Program-made: the position numbers and the translations under genes | Notes under the pieces: generated by a model | The model's database searches: none | Told to the model about the DNA's origin: nothing | Seen by the model: only the letters and a program-made list of their open reading frames with translations | Assembly: GCF_018350175.1 (NCBI RefSeq) | Contig: NC_058368.1 | Coordinates: forward strand, 9,548,001 to 9,612,000 | From: Felis catus | Taxonomy: Eukaryota | Length of the DNA stretch: 64,000 bases | Direction: 5' to 3' | Part shown: positions 25,591-39,918 of the stretch, piece after piece | Position numbering within the stretch: position 1 is the stretch's first letter | How the letters are laid out: each line of letters starts with the position of its first letter

Positions 25591-27810
25591 CTTTCCACTT
25601 CTATCTTAAGAATCCAGAAAAACACAAGCAAATTAAACAGCAAGGAAGTAAAAGAGCATAATAAAGTTAAGAGCAGAAATCAATAAGATAGAAATAGAAG
25701 AATAAAAAAGTTTCAATGTAGCCAAGCTGGTTCTTCGGAAGTACCATCATAATGAATATATCTCTAGTGATATTGACCGAGAAAGGGAGAGAGAAAACAA
25801 GATTAACAAAATCAGAAATAATGGAGGGGCTAGCACTACAAACTTTAGAGATATTAAAAGGCAAACGAGGGCTTAATAAAATATGCAAATGCTATAAAGG
25901 CCACAAAATACCAAAGCTTACCCAAGAAGAAACAGAGTGATTAACCGGAATAGTCCTATATCAACCAGTGATACTCAATTTGAAATTTAAAATCTTCCCC
26001 CCCAAAAAAACAAAAAAACCCTCCAGATCCAAATGGCTTCACTAGTGAATTCTCCCAAAGCATTAAAGGAAAAAATAAAACCAATTCTAAACAAATTCTC
26101 AGAAAAAAGTAAAGGCATGGGGCGCCTGGGGGACCCAGCTGGTTGAGCATCCAACTCTTGATTTCAGCTCAGGTCATGATCCCAGGGTCATGGGATCAAA
26201 CCCCTCATTGAGCTTCACGCTGAGCAAGGAGCCTGATGTGTCAGATTCTCTCTCTCCCCCTCTGCCCCTCTTCCCCGCTCATGCTCCCTCTAAAATAAAA
26301 TAAAATAAAATAAAATAAAATAAAATAAAATAAAATAAAATAAAATAAAATAAATAAATAAATAAATATATTTTAAAAGGAAAGAAAGAAAAAAGAAGAG
26401 GCAGAAAAACTTCCAACTCCTACTTTAAGGGCAGCATTATCCTGATGGCAAAACTAAACATTATAAGAAAAGAAATTTACATAGCAATATCCTTCAGGAA
26501 CACAAATACAAAAATCTTTAAATTTTAGGTAGTCAAATGCAGTAATACATAAAAAGGATAATGCATTATGACCAAAGAAGGGTCAATACCAAAAATTCAA
26601 GATGGTTTATATTAAAAACCAATCAACAGGATTTTAAGAGACTAGAAATGAAATGTATGATCATCTCAATAGAGGCATAAAAAGCTCTGACAAAAAATCA
26701 ACGCCATTCATAAGAACTTTTAGCAAACTAAGAAGAGAATTTCCTCAGCCCAATAGAGTATTCACGAAATCCTTACATCTAAAATCATATTTATTGTGAA
26801 AGACTAAATGCTCTCCCCAAAGATCAAGAAATAACAAGCCCAGTATATTTGCTCTCATTCCTTCTATTCTACATTAGAACTAGAGGTTCCAACCACTGCA
26901 ATAGGCAGGAAAAAAAAATAAAAGGCATACAGATTGGAAAAGAAGTTGCTTTTATTCATATACAACCTGATTATTAATGGAGAAAATCCTAGGGAATCTA
27001 CAACGACTACTAGAATTAGTGAGTTTTGTAACTCAAAATTTATTTTGTAACTCAGAAGTTATTATGCTGCAGGACACAAGGTCAATATAAAAAAAATCAA
27101 TTGCATTTCTACATACTAACAATAATTGAAAACAAAAGTTAAAAAACAAAATCACCAAAAAATATGAAATATTCAGGGATAAAGTTAACAAAATACATTC
27201 AAGAATGTAACATGGAAAACTACCAAATATTGCTAAGAGAAGTTAAGGATGACCTACATTAATGGACACATGTATGTTCACACATTAATGAACTGAAACG
27301 TTCAATGTAGGTAAGATGTCAATTCGCTTGAAAGTGAGCCATAGTCAATACAATCGCCATCAAAATTCCAGCAGCCTTTCTTGTAAAAACTGGCAAGCTG
27401 ATTTCAAAATTTATATGGAAATACAAAGGGCATAAAATAGCCAAAACGGGTTAGCAAAAGAGTAATGTAAGACAACTTATACCGTCTGTTTCCAAGATTT
27501 ACTATGAAGTTGCAGCAATGAAGACAGTGTGGGATTGGCATACAGACAGACTCACAGACCAATGGAACAAATTAGACAGTCCAGAAAAAGATCCATACCT
27601 ATATGGCCAATTAATTTCTGACAAAGTTCTCAAGGCAAGCCAACAAGGACAAATTTTTTTTTCGAAAAGGGGTGCTGAAACAACCAGATATCCATATGCA
27701 AAAGGAACCTGAACCTCCACTCTTATCTCACATCATATACAAAAATCACCTCAAAAGGAATTGATGACCTAAACATAAGTTAAAACTATAAAACTTTCAG
27801 AAGACAACCC
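25591..27810 (+). mobile_element. Old LINE-1 ORF2 fragment with a SINE at about 26119-26370
   Basis: ORF2 remnants such as KTVWDWHTDRLTDQWNKLDSPEKDPYLYGQLISDK. Confidence 0.88.
26291..26355. repeat. (TAAAA)n in a SINE tail
   Basis: Direct read. Confidence 0.95.
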
Positions 27811-27814
27811 AACC

Positions 27815-28090
27815 CAAGGTATGGAGAGGGGAGGGGGCACCAGGTCCTCAAGCCCCAGTTCCCACAGGGCATGATGAGTCAGCTGACATCTTTATGTACA
27901 GTAGGTTGCATTACAGAAGAATCCTCAGTTAGGGAACCCAACCTATTATATTGAACAGCATATGCAGGTCTTGTTCCAAAGGAAGATATTCTTTCCTCCG
28001 GGCTATAAGCAAGCCCAACCTTTGCTCTGGAGGAAGAGACAATACCTACTTTTCAAGGCTGTTCAACTTCGTATCAGCTTTCAACCTGGG
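27815..28090. mobile_element. Probable ERV/ERVL LTR fragment
   Basis: Abrupt composition change; ctttgctctggaggaagagac...ttcaaggctgttca resembles ERVL-class LTRs (family uncertain). Confidence 0.35.
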
Positions 28091-28129
28091 GAGCCCCCTT
28101 GCCTCTTCTATGTTGAATCTTTTGTGTGT

Positions 28130-28490
28130 GTGTCTATCACATGTCTTTCTCTTTCTTGGTTTACTCCCTTACTTTTATAAAGCACATTTTCTTTCCATAG
28201 ATGGGAGGTAGAGTTTTTGAGATTTTATTCTACCTTTATTCTACCCTCACACGTTTGTCATAGTTTGATTAGCTACTGAATTCTAGTTTGGAAATAATTT
28301 TCCTTCAGAATTCTGAAGGCACTGCTTTATTGCCGTCTAGGCTTCAATTAAGTTGGGAAGACTGAAGTCATTCAAATTCCTGATCCTTTATAGATCACCT
28401 GTTTTTTCCCCTTTCTGCAAGTTTGTAGGATCTTCTCTTTGATCCAAGCTTTCTAAAATTGTTGATGATGTATTTGAAATGGGTCTATGT
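28130..28490 (-). mobile_element. Ancient L1 ORF1 fragment (reverse)
   Basis: gaattctagtttggaaataattttccttcagaattctgaaggcactg is typical of reverse L1M ORF1. Confidence 0.6.
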
Positions 28491-31400
28491 GGGGGAAAGA
28501 TCCAACATGGTGGAGAAACAGGGGACCCAAAGTTCCCTTGTCCCTCAAACACAGCAGTGTTGAGGCCAAAGGACTTTGAATTCCAAGAGTCCGGGCTGCA
28601 GAGTGGCAGAGACACTGGGACAACCTGGCGGGCCACCGGTGTGTGATTGTGAACTGGGAGAGAGAAAATGGGTGCGTAGGCCGGAAGGGGATCCCTCCCT
28701 TCTGCAGAGTAAGGAAAGGAAGAGAAAGAGAGGCTGTGAAAGTGTAGAGCTGTATCTGGACAAGAGAATTACCATGGACCAGGGGTGGAGAAGGACCCAA
28801 TCTCTAACTGTGGGGCGTTCTCCAGACTGGGCCAGCTGCCCAGTTTGCACACCTCGGGAGGAGGGGAGCCTGCCCCTGGCTCGGTAACTAGTTCAGAGCT
28901 GCAGTCCACAGTAGGAGAAAGCAATCCCCTCTCTGGAGTGCTGTGGGAAGAAGGAATATAACCATTCAAAGGACAAAGGCTGCCTGCGACCGCCAGCCAG
29001 AGGCCATATATTGGCGGAACCGGGGGCACTCGGAGAGAGCCCCTTGAAGGCATCGGGGGTTTCAATCCCAGCTGAGCACCAGGGAGGCGCGGGAGTCGGC
29101 AGAGAGGGACAAACTGCCTCGTTCGCCCCGCGGCACAGTGAGGCTGGCCTAAACTGAGTGGTTTGGGACACCGGTCGGGGCAGGAAAACTGAGGGGTGGC
29201 CATTTTTCTCCCCACCACCAACAGGGTGGGGCTTCAGGGAAGGGACAGCGGGTCCAGAGGGGAGGCGGTACCCCCTACACCAAGCCACGCCCCTCCACGC
29301 CCGGTAACTGCATACCCACCGGAGATTGACGCTGACCAACCAGACAGCCCCCCCTCCAGACAAGGGACCCAGCGGTTTTGCATTTTCTGATTTAATTCTT
29401 GGACAGTTCTTCTTACATACATATTTTTTTTTCTTTCTTTTCTCCTTCTTATTTCTTCCTCCTATCTTAAGAAACAAGAAAAATCCCAAATACAAAACGT
29501 AACACAACACCTAAAGGAACCAGAAGAACAGCAAAAAAAACAAAACAAAACAAAACAGAACAACAACAACAAAAAAAAACCAAGGCCAGCAGAAGAAGAG
29601 AAATAATAAAGATTAGAGCAGAAATAAACAATACAGAATCCAATAAAACATAGAACAGATCAATGAAACTAAGAGCTGGTTTTTTGAAAAAGTAAACAAA
29701 AGGGATATGCCCCTAGCCAGACTTCTCAAAAAGAGGACCCACATAGATAAAATCACGAATGAATTTGGACTTATCACAACCAATCCCTCAGAAATATAAA
29801 CATTTATCAGAGAATACTATGAAAAATTTTATGCCAACAAACTGGACAGCCTGGAAGAAATGGACAAATTCCTAGCCACCCACACGCTACCAAAACTCAA
29901 ACAGGAAGAAATAGAAAATTTAATAGACCCATAACTAGTGAAGAAACTGAATCAGTTATCAAAAATCTCCCAACCAATAGAAGTCCTGGGCCAGATAGCT
30001 TCCCAGGGGAATTCTACCTGAGATTTAAAGCAGAGTTAATACCTATCCTTCTCAAGCTGTTCCAAAAAATAGAAACGGAAGTTAAGATTCCAGATTCATT
30101 TTATGAAGCCAGCATTACCTTGATTGCCAAACCAGAGACCCCACAAAAAAGGAGAATTAAGGCCAATATCCCTGATGAACATGGATGCAAAAATTCTCAA
30201 CAAGATACTAGCAAATCGAATTCAACATCATATAAAAAGAATTAATGGGGCACCTAGTGGCTCAGTCGGTTAAGCGTCAGACTTCGGCTCAGGTCATGAT
30301 CTTGTGGTTCCTGAGTTCAAGCCCCATGTCAGGCTCTATGCTGACAGCTCAGAGCCTGGAGCCTGCTTCAGATTCTGTGTCTCTCTCTCTCTGCCCATCC
30401 CCTGCTCGCACTCTGTCTCTTTCACTCTCAAAAATAAATAAACATCAAAAAAAATTTTTAAAGAATTATTCATCATGATCAAATGGGATTCATTCCAGGG
30501 CTGCAGGGCTGAGTCAATATTCACAAATCAACTGATGTGATACATCACATTAACAAAAGAAAGGATAAGAACCATATGATCCTGTCAATAGATATAGAAA
30601 AAGCATTTGACAAAATATAGCATACTTTCTTACTAAAAACCCTCAAGAAATTCAGGATAGAAAGAACATACCTAAACACCATAAAAATCATATATGAGAA
30701 GCCCACAGCTAATATTCTCCTCAATGGGGAAAAACTGAGAGTTTTCCCCCTGAGATCAGGAACACAAAAGGGATGTCCACTCTCACCACTGTTGTTTAAC
30801 ATCGTGTTTGAAGTCATACCTCAGCAATCAGACAACAAAATGAAATAAAAGCCATCAAAATTGGCAAAGAAAAGTCAAACTTTCACTTTTTGCAGACAAC
30901 ATGATATTCTACATGGAAAACCCAAAGGACTCCACCAAAAGTTTGCTAGAACTGATACATGAATTCAGCAAAGTCTCAGGATACAAAATCAATGTACAGA
31001 AATCAGTTGCATTTCTATACACCAATAATGAAGCAACAGAAAGAGAAATCAAGAAATCGATCCCATTTACAATTGCACCAAGAACCATAAAATACCTAGG
31101 AATAAGCCTAACCAAAGACGTAAAAGATCTGTATTGTGGAAACTATAGAAAACCTTTATGAAGGAAACTGAAGGAGACACAAAGAAATGGAAAAACATTC
31201 CATGCTCACGGATTGGAAGAATAAATATTGTTAAAATGTCAATACTATACAAAGCAATCTACACATTCGATGCAATCCCAATCAAAATTGCACCGACATT
31301 CTTCTCAAAGCTAGAATAAACAATCCTAAAATTTGTATGGAACCACAAAAGACCCTGAATAGCGAAAGTAATGTTGAAAAAGAAAACCAAAGCAGAAGGC

Positions 31401-32053
31401 ATCACAATCCCAGACTTTAGCCTCTACTACAAAGCTGTAATCATCAAGACAGTATGGTACCTGCTTAGACACATAGACCAATGGAATAGAATAGAGAACC
31501 TAGAATTGGACCCACATGTGTATGGCCAACTAATCATTGACAAAGCAGGAGAGAGTATCCGATGGAAAAAAAGACAGTCTCTTTAGCCAATGGTGCTGGG
31601 AGAACTGGACAGCAACATGCAGAAGAATGAAACTACATCCAGATGGCCAACCGACACATGAAAAAATGCTCAACATCACTTATCATCAGGGAAATACAAA
31701 TCAAAACCACAATGAGATACCACCTTTCACCTGTCAGAATGGCTAACATTAACAACTCAGGCAACAACAGATGTTGGTGAGGATGCGGAGAAAGAGGATC
31801 TCTTTTGCATTGCTGGTGGGAATGGAAGCTGGTGCGGCCACTCTGGAAAACAGTATGGAGGTTTCTCAAAAAACTAAAAATAAAACTACCCTACGACCCA
31901 GGAATTGCACTACTAGATATTTATCCAAGGGATACAGGTGTGCTTTCGAAGGGACACATGCACCCCCATGTTTACAGCAGCACTATCAACAATAGCCAAA
32001 GTATGGAAAGAGCCCAAATGTCCATCAATGGATGAATGGATAAAGAAAATGTG

Positions 32054-32102
<49 letters not shown>

Positions 32103-33553
32103 ATGGAGTATTACTTGGCAATCAAAAAGAATGAAATCTCGCCATTTGCAACTATGTGGATGGAACTGGAAGGTATTATGCTAAGTGAAATTAGTCAGAG
32201 AAAGACAAAAATCATATGACTTCACTCATATGAGGACTTTCAGAGACAAAACAGATGAACATAAAGGAAGGGAAACAAAAATAATATAAAAACAGGGAGG
32301 GGGACAAAACAGAAGACTCATAAATATGGAGAACTGAGGGTTACGGGAGGGGTTGTGGGAGGTGGGATGGGCTAAATGGGTAAGGGGCATTAAGGAATCT
32401 ACTGAAATCATTGCTTCACTATATACTAACTAATTTGGATGTAAATTTTAAAAAATAAAGTTAAATTAAAAAAAAAAAGAATGAAACTAGACCACTTTCT
32501 TATACCACACACAAAAATAAACTAAAAATGGATGAAAGACCCAAATGTGAGTGAGGAAACCATCAAAACCCTAGAGGAGAAACAGGCAACAACCTCTTTG
32601 AACTCACTCGCAGCAATTTCTTCAACACGTCTCCAAAAGCAAGGGAATTAAAAGCAAAAATGAACTATTAGGACCTCATCAAGATAAAAACTTCTGCACT
32701 GCAAAGGAAACAATCAACAAAACTAAAAGGCAACCAGCAGACTGGGAAAAGATATTTGCAAATGACATATCGGATAAAGGGTTAGTATCCAAAATCTATA
32801 AAGTACTTACCAAACTCAATACCAAAAAACAAATAATCCAGTGAAGAAATGGGCAGAAGACATGAATGGACACTTTTCCAAAGAAGACATCCAGATGACT
32901 AACATGAAAAGATGCTCAACGTCACTCATCATCAGGGAAATACAAATCAAAACCACACTGAGATACCACCTCACACTGGTCAGAGTGGCTACAATTAACA
33001 ACTCAGGAAACAAGAGATGCTGGTGTGGATGTGAAGAAACAGGAACCCCCTTGCACTGTTGGTGGGAATGCAAACTGGTGCAGCTGCTCTGGAAAATAGT
33101 GTGGAGGTTCCTCAAAAAATTATCCAAAGGATACAGGAGTGCTGATTCAGGGGCACATGTACCCCAGTGTTTATAGCAGCTCTTCCAACAATAGCCAAAT
33201 TATGGAAAGAGCCTAAATGTCCATCAACTGATGAATGGATAAAGAAGATGTGGTTTATATACACAATGGAATACTACTTGGCGATGAGAAAGAATGAAAC
33301 CCTGCCATTTGCAGCAACATGGATGGAACTGGAGGGTATTATGCTAAGTGAAATAAGTCAATCAGAGAAAGACAGATATCATATGTTTTCACTCATACGT
33401 GGAACTTCAGAAACTTAACAGAAGACCATGGAGGAAGGGAAGGGGGAAAAAAATAGATACAAACACAGAGAGAGGGAGGCAAACCATAAGAGACTCTTAA
33501 ATACAGAGAACAAACTGCGGGTTGACGGGAGGGGTGGGGGAGAGGGGAAAATG
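28491..33553 (+). mobile_element. Carnivore L1 with 5'UTR (28491-about 29460), ORF1 and endonuclease region deleted, decayed ORF2, truncated 3'UTR; contains a SINE (30247-30460) and a nested L1
   Basis: Starts gggggaaagatccaacatggtgg (L1 start with a YY1-like site), then a CpG-containing UTR that jumps directly to ORF2 YLKKQEKSQIQN. RT-region [22 protein letters not shown]. Confidence 0.88.
31636..32476 (+). mobile_element. 5'-truncated L1 with poly(A), inserted inside the older L1
   Basis: Perfect 13-bp TSD aagaatgaaacta at 31623-31635 and 32477-32489; host ORF2 resumes (gaccactttctt) after the second copy. Confidence 0.9.
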
Positions 33554-34349
33554 TTTTAATTAAAGTATTTTCATTCTCACACTTCCATCATTCTCTCGTA
33601 ATGCTCTTCTTTCTTCTAGGAGTTGTGAATTCCTGAAATTAGATATTTATTTGAGAAACACTGAAGCAGCCTCAACAACAGCAATGTGAACAAAATAACA
33701 CTAATTAGAACAGTGGTGGCAAAACAAATCAGATTTAAGCATTTTGTCCCACACTGGATCCGACCAGTGTGGTCCAGCCTCTACATATATTTTTCTTTAA
33801 AGTTTATCAAAATCACCAAAGTCCAGTCTATTTCATGCAATGACTACTATAAATCCCAGCAATTAAAAAAAAAAAAAACAACATAATCACAACGGCTACA
33901 ATTACGGCATCTTGAAGTATGTTTTAGTAGGAATAAATTGGCCTAACTATGTGAGCCCCAGTCAGCAAAACAGCTAACTTTGAAAGCCACAATACCCATC
34001 TCTTTATGATGGGCTATACTCTCAAGGACTATAGCTTGCCATGAATAATCAAGAATATGACGCAATCAAAAACCCAGAGACAAGAGGAAAATGTCTGTAG
34101 CAATGAAGCCTTTTTGTTTCCTTACCTAAGCTCACTTCACTTCTCAAATACTTGGGAAACAGAAAAATGACTGTGCATACAAAATAAAAGAATCTAAACA
34201 GATAATCCTAAGAGCGTAAATGTTTCTCAGCAGTAACCATCATAAAATTTCTGCCCGTGGATTAAATTCTTTAACATACTGAAGCAGCAGATAATGTTGA
34301 CCATCTGCCAGTCTGTCTCAAGATGGCACCTTAAACTATAAATTTTATT

Positions 34350-34472
34350 GGGGCTCCCGGGCGGCTCAGTCGGTTAAGCATCCGACTCGGTTTCAGCTCA
34401 GGTCATGATTTCATGGTTCATGGGATTGAGCCCCAAGTCAGGCTCTGCACTGACAGCACAGAACCTGCTTGG

Positions 34473-34511
<39 letters not shown>

Positions 34512-34521
34512 CTTCCTCTGC

Positions 34522-34552
<31 letters not shown>

Positions 34553-37302
34553 GAATTACAAAGTTAGAAAGGGACTCAAAAGGTCATTTATTCCATCTCC
34601 ATACCTTCAAATAGGACCTCATCAAACGATCCATAGCAAAAGAAACATAAAGACATCTAGTGGAGATTAAATAACTCACCTTAGAAAACTACTCCTTTTT
34701 TAAAAAAACCTCTCCCATAATCTATGCCTTAAATTTGTCTAGCTAATGACTGTATACACCTAACTTTGACTAAGTATTCTAAGGCATTCTTTCACTAGGT
34801 CTACCATATATAAAATAGTTATCTAGGAGAAAACAATGTCTGAAATAATAATGAGTCCCGGGTGGCTCAATCGGTGAAGGATCTGACTCCTGATTTTGGC
34901 TCAGGTCATGATCTCAAAGGTAGTGAATTCAAGCCCCACATCAGGTTCTGTACTGGAGGTGGTGGGGTTCTGTACTGGAGGTGCAGAGCCTGCTTGGGAT
35001 TTTCTCTCTCTCTCTCTCTCTGCCCCTCCCTTGCTTGTTCTCTCTCTCAAAATACATAAACTTAAAAAAAAGAAATAACGCTGAGTACATTAAAATATAC
35101 ATATTTCCATTCACAAATAGATGCTCAAAATTAGTAACATGATAATATAAATCAGTCCAGAAATGAGATCTCATCAATTGAAGTTGAGGGCTATCGGGAT
35201 CTCAAATCATGCAGCGCAATTCCCAATTTCTTTGAAACCAAGGCAAAGATGTTATTCCTATTAATGGTCTATGAAAGAACATCTTATAGCATTTAAGGAA
35301 GCCTTACTTAAAAGAATTGACGAATCTTTTTATTGATCAAATCATTATTTTGTAATGGAACCACTGCCTGATCCACCTGCTTAATATAGTCAGGTAAAGT
35401 CACAGGACATGGCCTCTTGCCAAACAGAACCGACAATCCTGGCATATTGTTGCTAAGGGGGAGAAAGGAAAGTAGCCTTCAGTTACTGAGCACTTAGGGT
35501 TTACCTCCATTAAGCCATCCAATCTTCCCCCAAATCCTATAAAATAGTATTAACATCTTTTTTTTTAATAAGGGTACAGGTTTGGAAACCTGTCTGTGAT
35601 TACACAGGAAATAAGTTGTAGTTCCAGAACTGGACAACAGATATAACTGGCCCCTTCCACTCTTAACCACATGCAGTAAACGATCCTTGGAGAAATGTTC
35701 TCTAGAAAAGAATATCACTGTACCTACTGCAAAAATCAAAGTATTAATCCAAAGAAGCCATAAGGGCTTTCTAATTTTACTGCGATATTTACACAAAATA
35801 GATAATAATTATCAGTTAAATGAATAAATCTAAAGTTGTTCGTTGTTGAGGAATAATCAATCATAAGTTCTTGGCCTGGATTCTCTTCTCTTTAGTCACA
35901 CATTAGGCTACTGGTCTCAATATTTTAAGCTCTCCTTTAGTAAATCAAAATTTAAGGGGGGTAAAAAAAAAATCACACAACCTTATGTTTTGCTGTCATT
36001 GAAAATTACCGAATCCTAATCTCAGCTCCATGAAACCATTCTTAACCTGTCCTAGCTCAGTGACTATTCCAAAACCCCACCATTCTCCTTTCCCACCGAA
36101 CGCCCCACCCCCATCTCCTCTCATCAAGTGACCTTGACTCCTATCTACCTCTTAGAGAACATAAGCTTTGAACTCTCAAACCTTTTACCACCCAACCTAT
36201 AAATATCCGTATCTATTCTCACTTCTTTTCTTCCTTTTTCAGTGCATCTCTCCTCCTGTCTACACTAGCACACTGCCTAGGATCACAGCTAGCTAGCACT
36301 TAGTTGATACTTTAAAAATGTAACAAACTAATTCTAGACTGATTCTTCCAACTCTGCTCATCCATCGTTCCCTACATTTTCAAAAATAGATCCATCCACT
36401 ATCTCCTCTCTCTCATCTCCTACATCTTCAAACATTTCCTCTTCGTTGGCTCTTTCCCTAACAGCTCATCAGTCTTTAAAGAAAAAAAACAAAACAAAAC
36501 CCTACAAACCTTTTTCAGTTACTGCTTTATCCCTTTCTTTCCTTCAGAGTCAAACTTCTTTACAGAAAAGTGTGTCTGGGGATTTTATATTAAGGAAGTA
36601 CTGTCCATTTCTTTTAAGCAGGATAATAGTACAGTTTTTTGTTTTTTTTTTTTAAGAAAGAATCCTTAAAAAAATTTTTTAAGTTTATTTAAGTAATCTC
36701 TACACCCAACGTGGGGCTCGAACTCACTGCCCTGAGGTCAAGAGTCACGCTCTCTACCAGCGGAGCCAACCGGGCACCCCAAACAGATATATATTGAAAA
36801 CAATTACAGATAAAAAGATATGATACCTGAGCTTAGCTTTAAAACAATCCAAAAATAAATAAATTAATTAATCAAAAATAAATAATCCAGTTGGGGGCAG
36901 GGGTTATAGATGAAACAAAATTGGTGATGTGCTCATTCTTCAAGCTTAGGTAATGACTACATGGGACTCCTCATTCTATTTTCTTTTGTATTTGTATTAT
37001 TATGGAAAAAGCAAATGTTTTTTTTCAAGTGGCTTAAGCTCACATGCCTCTTTCTCATTTTTGCAAAGTTTAGAAGTGATTTGAAGTCACCAGATCCACT
37101 GGGTACGTTTCAATCTTTACCTTACTTGCCCTCTGCAAGACACATGATACTCTGGGCCATTCCTGCTTCTAACTTTCCTCTCGTTTGTCATTTGTTACGC
37201 ATGCCCGCTCTGATTCTTCTCTTTCTCTGCCTCCCAATCTCTCAGTCTCATTTGTGGGCATTTCTCCCCCTTGCTTTCAAACATGGTCCTCCCTCCCCTC
37301 CT

Positions 37303-37360
<58 letters not shown>

Positions 37361-38103
37361 ATAAATGCTGCTGCTTCCCAAACTTATTCAAACTTTTCCT
37401 TTTTTGTCTCTATATATTCCTATGTGAGCTGACTCATTCTCTCCTTTAATTTCAACTACTTATGCACATGCAAACCTCCACCTCCAGCCCTGAACTCTCT
37501 CCTGAACTCCAGATCCAAATGCATCCTTGCCTGAATATCCCACAAGAACTTTGAATGAATACTCAAAACTGAACTGATCTTTATCTTTCACCCCATCAAA
37601 ACCCTGCTCCTTTTCCTCTCAATCAATGGTTTTATTATCCTTTCAGACATCCGAGGCAGAAAACTAGGAATCATTTGTCTTAAGGTTCCAAATATGTCTA
37701 GCCCCCAACTTAAATCGTACTAATTTTATCCCTTAAATACTTCTACAATCCCTGTCTTTCCATAACTCCAACTGCTTAGTTCAGACTCTTCATTTTTCCA
37801 CTGTATTTTTTTTCCCCTAAAACCAATTGCCCCATACCACTCTAATTTCCCCCCTCCTGGGTCTATTCTTCACACTTCAGCTGGAGTTATCTCTCTAAAA
37901 TACAAACCCAGGGGCGCCTGGGTGGCTCAGTTGGTTAAGCATCCGACTTCAGCTCAGGTCATGATCTTACAGTCCATGAGTTCAAGCCCCACATCGGGCG
38001 CCTGCTTCCGATTCTGTGTCTCCCTCTCTCTCTGCCCCTCCCCTGCTCATGCTCTGTCGCTCTCTGTCTCAAAAATAAATAAACACATTTAAAAAAAATT
38101 TTT
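34350..38103. mobile_element. CanSINEs 34350-34552(+), 34853-35075(+), 36670-36780(-, short), 37911-38103(+), amid L2/L1 remnants
   Basis: SINEC motifs; TSD aaatacaaaccca around the last copy. Confidence 0.85.
37306..37359. repeat. (CA)n microsatellite
   Basis: Perfect AC run of about 27 units. Confidence 0.98.
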
Positions 38104-38489
38104 AAATACAAACCCAATAACACCACTACTCCATTTGAAATTCTTCCATGGTTGCCCCATGATGAAAAACAAAAACAAAAACAAAAACTTCCAAACTCTT
38201 TATCACGGTACCAAGTACTTTAATATCTGGCCTCTCCCATCACTATACTGCATTCACTCTGGAACTGGGGCATCAGAATGACCTAGGATTCTCCAAACAA
38301 AACACTCAAATACATCCTTTGCTTTTTGTTGCGCCATTTGCCTAGAATGAGTTTCCTCAACTTCCCTCCAGTGACAGCCTACTCAACTTTCTTTAACGCG
38401 GGTCAAATGGAACATCACATTGGAAACTTCCCCTGATCTCCTTAGAGTCAGGGTACTTCTACCAATGGGTACAGAGAACAGCCATCAGT

Positions 38490-38705
38490 GGCTGAGATCA
38501 CGACTTAGATGAGTTAGACCCACTTGGGTTGAAATCCCAGGTTCACACCTTACCAGGTACGACTCTGGACAAAAATCTTTAAGCCTGTTTCCTCATCTCT
38601 GAGTAACAGTAGTTAGGGATTTTTATGAGGATTAAATAATGGACTACATACAAAATACTGTATAGTGCCTCGCTGAGATTAGGTAATCAATAAATGTTAC
38701 TGTTA
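38490..38705 (+). mobile_element. MIR (representative; similar MIR remnants near 6720-6930, 11860-12075, 12595-12730, 41145-41400, 56325-56700, 58215-58415)
   Basis: MIR core tgggttgaaatccc...agcctgtttcctcatct...gaggattaaataatg...caataaatgttac. Confidence 0.7.
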
Positions 38706-39918
38706 TATTGCGATTTATTCCCACTCTGGGCTCCTATAGCAACTTGCACCTATCTCTGTCATACCGTTATAACATGACTGTTTGCCCATACAGAACACAT
38801 CGTCTTTTTCTTCCCACTATCTGGCATAATGTCCACAATTTAACAGGTTCGTTAACAAAGCTTGAATGAATAAATAAAACACTTCCAATCCCTATAGTAT
38901 TAAGGCGTCAAATTTTTTACTAACGGTCTTACTAGATTTAAGTTCCATCTCCTTCTACAAAATCGGTAATTTCAGTAAAAGTTACAGGCCAGTCTCATTT
39001 TAATGGAGGAAAGTAGGAATTTTGTAGTGGCCTTATGTGGTTTACTTGTTGAAAACACACCCACAAAATAAACCCGCCGTGCTACCCACGATTTTTCTGC
39101 ATACTATATAAAATATCAAATTTCTAGGATGGTTGTCTCCCTGTTGAAAAAAATTTAAAGGTTTTCTAAATCTGTGTCAGCTTCCTTACCACCAGGACCT
39201 AAGCCAACCCTAAGGGCTAAGGTGTATTACAGAGTTGCTGTTTCGTTTTGTTTTGTTGGGGCAATTTTCATCCTGAAAGCACGCTCCTGAGAAATTCCGA
39301 AGAATACTGAAATAACCAAAGAAAATAATTAGTACCCACTGCTAAAAAGCAAAAAAAAAAAAAAAAAAATCAATCAATCAATAAATAAATAAGAAAGAAA
39401 AGTCTGTGCTTTAAAAATTCCAGTAATTTAAAGTTAAACTAATCTTCAAAATAGAATCAAAATATGTGCAGGCAGCGGCCAAGCTAGTAAGTGGGAAGGT
39501 GGGGGTCCTCCTTTTGCGATCTGGGGTCCTCCTTTTGCGATCTGAACCCTCAATAAATACAATGCAAACGGCAAAACGGTTATGAAAAAAAAAAGATACT
39601 ACTATATAAAAGCATGGTCTCTACTTCTACACTTGACCTTTAAACATTAATGCCTTTTGAATAATAATTAATTAGGGGCTTAATATGCAAACACCTCTGA
39701 GCTACTTCAGAATAATCATGAATAAAAGCCTAGAAACCACACGTTCTCAGGAAAAGGAGAAAGGCCTGTTAAAAATTTTTTTTTTAGTTTCTCAGGTCTC
39801 GCATCAAATGTGTGCCATACATACGGTTCGGCACCGAGAGGCAGCAACCTGGGAGGGTCAGAGGCGCCGCAGGCCCGAGGCCCTGCGGCTGGGGTGGCTG
39901 CTCATCCCTGAGACTTAC

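Noticed and set aside
28388..29510. Overlapping 100-205 aa ORFs
   Set aside because: They lie in a GC-rich L1 5'UTR where stops are scarce; no recognisable protein.
36961..37449. 162-aa ORF
   Set aside because: Runs through L1/L2 remnants and a (CA)n microsatellite (THTHTH); low complexity.
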